Below are positions 6,439-11,462 of a DNA stretch of 11,462 nucleotides, in pieces. The notes beneath the pieces are model-generated. The model was not told the origin of the DNA. It saw only the letters and a list, made by a program, of their open reading frames with translations, and ran no database searches. The first letter of the stretch is position 1. Every line of letters begins with the position of its first letter. Made by a program: the position numbers and the translations under genes. The stretch lies in the NCBI GenBank assembly GCA_964534625.1, contig CAZHRF010000067.1:1-11462 (forward strand), given 5' to 3'. The DNA is from an uncultured archaeon (GTDB lineage Archaea > Asgardarchaeota > Heimdallarchaeia > Heimdallarchaeales > Heimdallarchaeaceae).

Positions 6439-7148
6439 GTGTTAGCAACTACTCCCATATGTATGGGTGTAATAACTTTTGTAATTCTAGTTGGATGTAT
6501 CTATGTGATTCTAACTAAAAGATATACTATTTGTAAGTTCCAACTTACACAAAGAAGTACTTACTGAAAGAGCAAATATATTTTAGTATTAGCTGGTTGG
6601 TACAATTAACCTTTTTTGGTACTATTGTAGGTTATGCACTGATTTATGCGTCCAAACACAATACTGGTTTTAGCCAATTATTCATTTTCTCTATAATCTG
6701 GGTATTAGGTGGCTTGTTTATCTTATATTTCGCATTCAAATTTTTATGCGAAAAACATCTTCATCTATTCACTTTTATTCTAGAGTTATTCTATATCTTG
6801 TTTACTGGAATGGCGGCATTCTATATTATCTACCTTCCAGTTATCTTAATTATTCTGTTCTCTGGTAAAGTCTTTATAGGAACGAAGATAATCTTTTTTG
6901 GTATGATAATTGCCTTTCCTTTGATTTCTCTGTTTAATATGGTTGCTTACTATGCTCAAGAAAGGGATCTGAAAGTTTTTGACTATATAATATATCGTTT
7001 CAATCGTAAAAAGAGAATGGTGGAGGAATAAGAAAAATTACCTTCCCTTGATGAGCCTTTCTATTCCAAATTTGTTGATGTCGAAAAGAACTATCAGAAA
7101 CGAATTAGTCGGATTCTCACAATCGAAGACATAAAGGTTGAAAATTGA
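6439..7148 (+). pseudogene. Multi-pass membrane protein gene, apparently disrupted (largest open part 6537..7031)
   Basis: An upstream TM segment (MGVITFVILVGCIYVILTKRY, from GTG 6439/ATG 6463) is in a different frame from the main hydrophobic ORF. After TAA 7029-7031 the same frame continues for 38 protein-like codons (EKLPSLDEPFYSKFVDVEKNYQKRISRILTIEDIKVEN) to TGA 7146-7148. Confidence 0.6.
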
Positions 7149-7220
7149 CAAAATGTTTATGTTTGCGTGAAACAATCTTTAGCCCCTCTTCTAAAATTTT
7201 TATGTATTACACATGCTAGG

Positions 7221-7282
7221 TTTATAAGTTGCTTTCGTTATATTAACCTTAGGACAATAAAAGACATATTAAACTTTGGTGA
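7221..7282 (+). promoter_or_regulatory. TATA box and SD of the VIT-vWA gene
   Basis: TTTATAAG at 7221-7228. GGTGA at 7278-7282, 6 nt before ATG 7289. Confidence 0.6.
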
Positions 7283-7288
7283 GTTATA

Positions 7289-9559
7289 ATGCAAACCTAT
7301 CTAAACGATTCACCCCCCGGGCATGCCATTTTAATTATAAAAAAAGATTTATTTGTACCACTTAAAAAAACCACTTTAACTGGAGAGATAACTCCTCCTT
7401 TAGCTGATTTATATTTAGAGCAAGAGTTTCTTTTCACTAAAAAAGAGCATGATAAGACAATTGAAGCACTTTACCGTTTTTCCTTACCTGGTGATGCTGC
7501 CATTAAGGATGTAGAAGTGGAATTCGGTTCTCGAGTCATTAGAACGACTTTAAAGAAGCGTAAAAAAGCTGAAAAGGAATATGAAGAAGCAAAAGAAGAG
7601 GGCAAGCAAGCAGCTCTTGTTTCTAGGGGTTCACCTAATGTATTTACCCTAAAAATTGCTGGGATCCATCCTGATGAACTAGTTAAGGTTAAGACTCATT
7701 ATGTTCAGATTTTACAACCTAGTAATGAAGGTTATACTTTTAGATTGCCATTAACAACAGCCCCGCGGTATGTAAGGGATGATGAGTTTGGTTCAAGACA
7801 TGCTGAAGGTAATCCTCTTTGCGTGGTTAAAGATCCCAAACATCGCTTTTCTATGGCACTAAAATTATTTGATGTGACAAAAACCACGTCGTCTACTCAT
7901 GCGTTTGTTCAAAAAGGAGATACATTAGAGATTGATTCCATTATACCAAACAAGGATCTGGTATTGGAATTTGAGTTAGAAAGAAAAGAAAAACCATCAT
8001 TAACTGTTTTTCCTTATGCAGACTCTGATTATCTTTATTTCTTAGTGCTTGCTAAACCACCAATAGCTAGTAATAAAGTAAAGAGATTGTCATTTGTAGA
8101 AGCCATCGATCATTCAGGATCAATGGGGTACCCATCACAAGATGGGTCAAAATGGAATATATCCGATTTTGTGGCACGTATGACTTATTTAGACGTTAAG
8201 AATTTAGCTTCAACAGTACATGTGTGTGTTTTTGATACTAGAATATGGTGGGCGGAAATTAACAAGCAGAAAGACCTAGATGATTTTCTAAATGCCAACC
8301 ATGGCGGAGGAGGTACACATCTGGGTGTTGCTATTGAACAGTGTATTTATAAGCACAAAAACAATGGGTCTGTTCCTTATAATGTTATTATTACTGATGC
8401 GCAAGTGAGTGATTATGGACGTTTATTTAGACTCGCAGACCAAATGAAAGAATTACAACAACGTTTTATAATGATATGTGTAGACACCGCCCCTAATGCG
8501 TATATTCCCCTTGAAATGGCAAGAAGATCTGGCGGTATATCCTTTTTCTTAAGTAGCTCTGCTGAAGTAGATATGATTAATGCTGTTGAAACTATTTCTC
8601 GTTATTGGAAAGAACCTTTGGGAAATGTACGAGTCAAAGTGGAAACTTCACAAAATACACCAGTTGAACATTCCCAAGGATTACATGAGGGAAATTACTT
8701 AGAATTAGGAGATTTACTCAAAGATATGTCTCGTTGGGCTGTGGGTAGAATTAAAATCCGAAAAAATGACAGCGTTACATTCTCTCTTTTAGTTGATGAT
8801 AAAGAAATGGATCATGTCGAAGTCAAACCTAAAAATATTAACAAATTTGTCAAAGACATTTTTGGTATTCACCGAGTTAATTACCTAGAATCCCTGATAA
8901 ATGCCAGATATGATTTTGATAAACTGGATGAACTTTTAACGTCTATTGGTTATACTGTTCCTCTTCATGGTAATGCTGATATGATTTATAGTGATAATAT
9001 CCTTAAATTAACACGAGATAATCTTGATATCCTGTTGGCTGAAGTGGCTTTAGAGTTTGGATTGGCAAGTAAAGAAACAAGTTTTGTTGCTATTACTAAA
9101 GAAGAGGGAAAGGTGGTTGAAACATTTGTTGTTCCTAATGCGCTCCCAGAAAATTGGGGTTTAGATTTGAGCAAACCTCGAAATGCGATACTAAAGGCGT
9201 CACCCCCTAGTAGTACTCCCAGCCGAGGAATGCGTCGTCCTAAAAGAACTATGTTTATGAGTAAAACAATGAAAGATATACATACTGGTGGAAAAGGAAA
9301 GAAGACAATATTCGAAGGTAAAACAACAAAAGGAATATTCTTTGAATCAAAAGAAAAAGTAAGAGTTACTGCGATCGAAGTAAAAGGATCCGTAGCACCT
9401 GGGGCAAAACTTTTTTTCTATCAAAAAGGGCAATCTACTCCTGTGGTTACAATTGATTTACATAGGGTTAGTTTACTCGGAGGAAAACGCCCCTTAAACT
9501 TTAATGGTTATGCACGTTTTGAATGCAACATGGATGGAATTAAAATTATAATTACATAA
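7289..9559 (+). CDS. VIT (vault protein inter-alpha-trypsin) plus von Willebrand factor A domain protein
   Basis: VIT motifs IEALYRFSLPGDAAI, AEKEYEEAKEEGKQAALV and NVFTLKIAGIHP, then FRLPLTTAPRY. MIDAS DHSGS (8108-8122), GGGTHLG and ITDAQV, followed by FGLASKETSFVAI. Confidence 0.93.
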   Translation: MQTYLNDSPPGHAILIIKKDLFVPLKKTTLTGEITPPLADLYLEQEFLFTKKEHDKTIEALYRFSLPGDAAIKDVEVEFGSRVIRTTLKKRKKAEKEYEEAKEEGKQAALVSRGSPNVFTLKIAGIHPDELVKVKTHYVQILQPSNEGYTFRLPLTTAPRYVRDDEFGSRHAEGNPLCVVKDPKHRFSMALKLFDVTKTTSSTHAFVQKGDTLEIDSIIPNKDLVLEFELERKEKPSLTVFPYADSDYLYFLVLAKPPIASNKVKRLSFVEAIDHSGSMGYPSQDGSKWNISDFVARMTYLDVKNLASTVHVCVFDTRIWWAEINKQKDLDDFLNANHGGGGTHLGVAIEQCIYKHKNNGSVPYNVIITDAQVSDYGRLFRLADQMKELQQRFIMICVDTAPNAYIPLEMARRSGGISFFLSSSAEVDMINAVETISRYWKEPLGNVRVKVETSQNTPVEHSQGLHEGNYLELGDLLKDMSRWAVGRIKIRKNDSVTFSLLVDDKEMDHVEVKPKNINKFVKDIFGIHRVNYLESLINARYDFDKLDELLTSIGYTVPLHGNADMIYSDNILKLTRDNLDILLAEVALEFGLASKETSFVAITKEEGKVVETFVVPNALPENWGLDLSKPRNAILKASPPSSTPSRGMRRPKRTMFMSKTMKDIHTGGKGKKTIFEGKTTKGIFFESKEKVRVTAIEVKGSVAPGAKLFFYQKGQSTPVVTIDLHRVSLLGGKRPLNFNGYARFECNMDGIKIIIT

Positions 9560-9614
9560 CTGAAAATAAAAAACTAGAAAGATCTATGCAAAAAGGGATT
9601 GAAAGGGGAACAAA

Positions 9615-9742
9615 ATGAAAAAGATGGTCATATTATCACTTGATTCTTCAAATGCAGATCATCTATATTTAGCCTTAAACTTAATTTCGAAACTTTTTGC
9701 TCTAGACTAGTTAAAATGTTTGACCCTAGAATAATTGAATAA
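9615..9742 (+). pseudogene. Short ORF / remnant resembling the N-terminus of a DsrE/DsrF-like protein
   Basis: Purine-rich SD-like GGGGA, then MKKMVILSLDSSNADHLYLALNLISKLFALD-stop (9615-9710). The -1 frame continues VKMFDPRIIE. Resemblance judged by eye only. Confidence 0.35.
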
Positions 9743-9803
9743 ACAATCAAGATAATAATTTGTAATATCTTTTGAAAAAGACTTCACTCGATTATTCCTA
9801 AAC

Positions 9804-9837
9804 TTTTTAAAATACCTCTTCATTTATTCATAGGTGA
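9804..9837 (+). promoter_or_regulatory. TATA box and SD of the DUF2892 gene
   Basis: TTTTTAAAA at 9804-9812. GGTGA at 9833-9837, 5 nt before ATG 9843. Confidence 0.6.
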
Positions 9838-9842
9838 AAAAT

Positions 9843-10094
9843 ATGAAATTTAACACCAATGAAGGATATATTGATCGAATAATAAGATTAGTTGTAGGAG
9901 CATTATCTTTGATAGCTAGTATTGTACTTTTAATAGTTTTAGACAATCCACAATCATGGATATTCTTTGCAGTATTTGGGGTAATAGCTATAGTTCTATT
10001 AGTAACAGGAGTGACAGGCTTTTGTGCCCTCTATAGCTTACTAGGTATTAGCACAGCAAAGAAAAAGATTAAAGAAGAATCTAAAAATCAGTAA
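9843..10094 (+). CDS. DUF2892 / YgaP-like inner membrane protein
   Basis: NEGYIDRIIRLVVG, two TM helices and TGVTGFCALYSLLGIST signature. Start set to ATG 9843 because the GTG at 9834 is part of the SD. Confidence 0.92.
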   Translation: MKFNTNEGYIDRIIRLVVGALSLIASIVLLIVLDNPQSWIFFAVFGVIAIVLLVTGVTGFCALYSLLGISTAKKKIKEESKNQ

Positions 10095-10109
10095 AGAGCA
10101 TTAAACCAC

Positions 10110-10139
10110 TTTTTCTCCGTATTTTTTTCCTATTTTTTT
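10110..10139 (+). terminator. Oligo-T terminator after DUF2892
   Basis: T5, T7 and T7 runs within 45 nt of the stop. Confidence 0.55.
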
Positions 10140-10335
10140 GACACGCTTAAGTATTTTTGTCGTTAAAAATTTATACCCTTTTTTGATTTATTAAAACCAG
10201 TTAAACAAACGCCCTTTTTGAAGTTACGTTGACTTTTGTTTTGTAGGACAGGCTCAGAGTAACTTCTCTTTATAGTCTTAACGATATTGGTTTGTTTAAC
10301 ATATCTTTCTTAGACCAACTGAAAGCATAATATGT

Positions 10336-11109
10336 TTAGTGTTCATCTCTTTTTGCTATAATAAAGAATCTTGGGTTATTGACTTCGATAAATCCTTCTT
10401 CAAGTATTTTTGTGTGGAGAGATACTAATTCTTTCTTATATTTTTCTATGCTAAAATCGGGTATAGCCCAAGGAACAATTTTACAATAATACACAATAGC
10501 TCCCACATCAAATATCCTGGTTGTTTTTTTATCCTGTGCTGTTTTTCTTATCCTAAACCCAACATTTTCAAGTTCGTCAATGGCTTGAGCCAAATGCCAA
10601 CTTGAGTCCTTTATTGGTGCCCCCAACAATTCCTGGAGATCCATGTCATTATCTCCATCAACTTGTTTAGTAAGGAACTCACACCCTGGCTTAAGAATTC
10701 TATATACTTCCTCAGGTGCGTAGGATTCATGTTGATTTGTTATCAGTTCAAACTCTTCATTTTGAAAAGGGAGGTCTTTATCATCTGTAAAAGGGAAAAC
10801 CTTGACACCCAAAGGTTCTAATCGTTTTCTAGCTATGGGAATGTTTGATTCATAAGATTCAGTTGCGCATGTATGTCTAGGAAAAGGTTGGAAATTATTA
10901 GCAAAGTATTCACCTCCCCCAGTGCCCATATCCAAAACTGAATCAACTTTGTGAATGCGATAAAGAACTTCAGTAGTATAAGAAAAGGATAAAGGATAAG
11001 AGACCATTCGATCACGAATGTGCGAAAAATCCCAGCCAGTAAAAGGATGGTTATATTCCTGCTTGAGAAACTCTATCACTTCAGCATTATTAGTAAAACC
11101 ATTACTCAT
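10336..11109 (-). CDS. Class I SAM-dependent methyltransferase
   Basis: FTGWDFS N-terminal motif, motif I VLDMGTGGGE, LPFQNEEFELI, EVYRILKPG and FDVGAIVYYCKIVPWAIPDFS. Confidence 0.92.
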   Translation of the reverse strand: MSNGFTNNAEVIEFLKQEYNHPFTGWDFSHIRDRMVSYPLSFSYTTEVLYRIHKVDSVLDMGTGGGEYFANNFQPFPRHTCATESYESNIPIARKRLEPLGVKVFPFTDDKDLPFQNEEFELITNQHESYAPEEVYRILKPGCEFLTKQVDGDNDMDLQELLGAPIKDSSWHLAQAIDELENVGFRIRKTAQDKKTTRIFDVGAIVYYCKIVPWAIPDFSIEKYKKELVSLHTKILEEGFIEVNNPRFFIIAKRDEH

Positions 11110-11130
11110 AATTAGGGGAAAAGAGCGAAC

Positions 11131-11138
11131 TATAAAAA
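11131..11138 (-). promoter_or_regulatory. TATA box of the methyltransferase gene (leaderless)
   Basis: TTTTTATA on the minus strand begins 29 nt before ATG 11109. Confidence 0.55.
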
Positions 11139-11222
11139 AATTAAGTACTTACATTTTTTTTGTTTTTTCTATTTTGCAGTATAAGAAAGTAACCATCTTG
11201 AATTATCGATATAAATCTCCCC

Positions 11223-11462
11223 TTACTGCTCTCCTAACGCAATCAATTCTTTCCAAGTATAATATTTTTTGAGTTTTCTGTTTTTTTTCTGAAACTCTAT
11301 AATTGCCAAGTCTGATTCATTCATATATACGCTATTGTCTTCCACTAATAAATGTAGGAGATCAGTCATATTCGGATTATGACCAACAAGCAGTATTTTC
11401 TTTTCAGGTTTTTTTTCATAAACCTTAGAGTTCATCTCACTAATGTAATACTATTGACATAC
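11223..11462 (-). pseudogene. sixA: C-terminal fragment of a SixA-like histidine phosphatase, probably disrupted
   Basis: ILLVGHNP second-His motif and a SixA-like C-terminus. The RHG motif is not in the window, and an in-frame TAG at 11453-11451 closes the frame upstream. Confidence 0.6.

Noticed and set aside
6441-6520. Two possible hairpins (CCCATA-tg-TATGGG at 6454-6467; TAGTTGGA/TCTAACTA) as ncRNA, SECIS or terminator
   Set aside because: Short stems inside a plausible TM-coding frame, with no recognisable RNA motif.
8986-9174. Minus-strand 62-aa ORF
   Set aside because: Antisense within the VIT-vWA gene.
10140-10335. Spacer between convergent DUF2892 and methyltransferase genes as a hidden gene or ncRNA
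   Set aside because: Only short frames with stops; no convincing stem-loop or repeat seen.
10833-11272. ORFs 10833..11015 (-) and 11018..11272 (+)
   Set aside because: Alternative-frame and antisense overlaps of the methyltransferase and its promoter.
1-11462. CRISPR array, tRNA, rRNA, transposase or integrase
   Set aside because: No regularly spaced repeats, cloverleaf or rRNA motifs, or recombinase signatures were seen.

Overview
AT-rich, archaeal-looking window: TATA boxes sit about 29-31 nt before several start codons (leaderless mRNAs), with GGTGA Shine-Dalgarno sites and oligo-T terminators. An Asgard-type host is my guess and cannot be proven from this window. Left part (intact genes): a two-TM membrane protein with a beta-sandwich-like domain, a patatin-like phospholipase with a large charged insertion, an uncharacterised radical SAM enzyme, a small EF-Tu domain II-like beta-barrel protein, and an unusual HAD phosphatase / class II aldolase (MtnB-like) fusion. 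Middle (about 5266-7150) is an apparently decaying island: unexplained repeat-bearing DNA, a VapBC toxin-antitoxin module whose antitoxin appears to start at ATT and whose PIN toxin is split by a -1 frameshift, and a membrane-protein gene with both a frameshift and an in-frame stop. Right part: an orphan VIT-vWA protein, a DsrE-like remnant, a DUF2892 membrane protein, a class I SAM methyltransferase and a SixA-like fragment at the edge. No rRNA, tRNA, CRISPR array or transposase was recognised.
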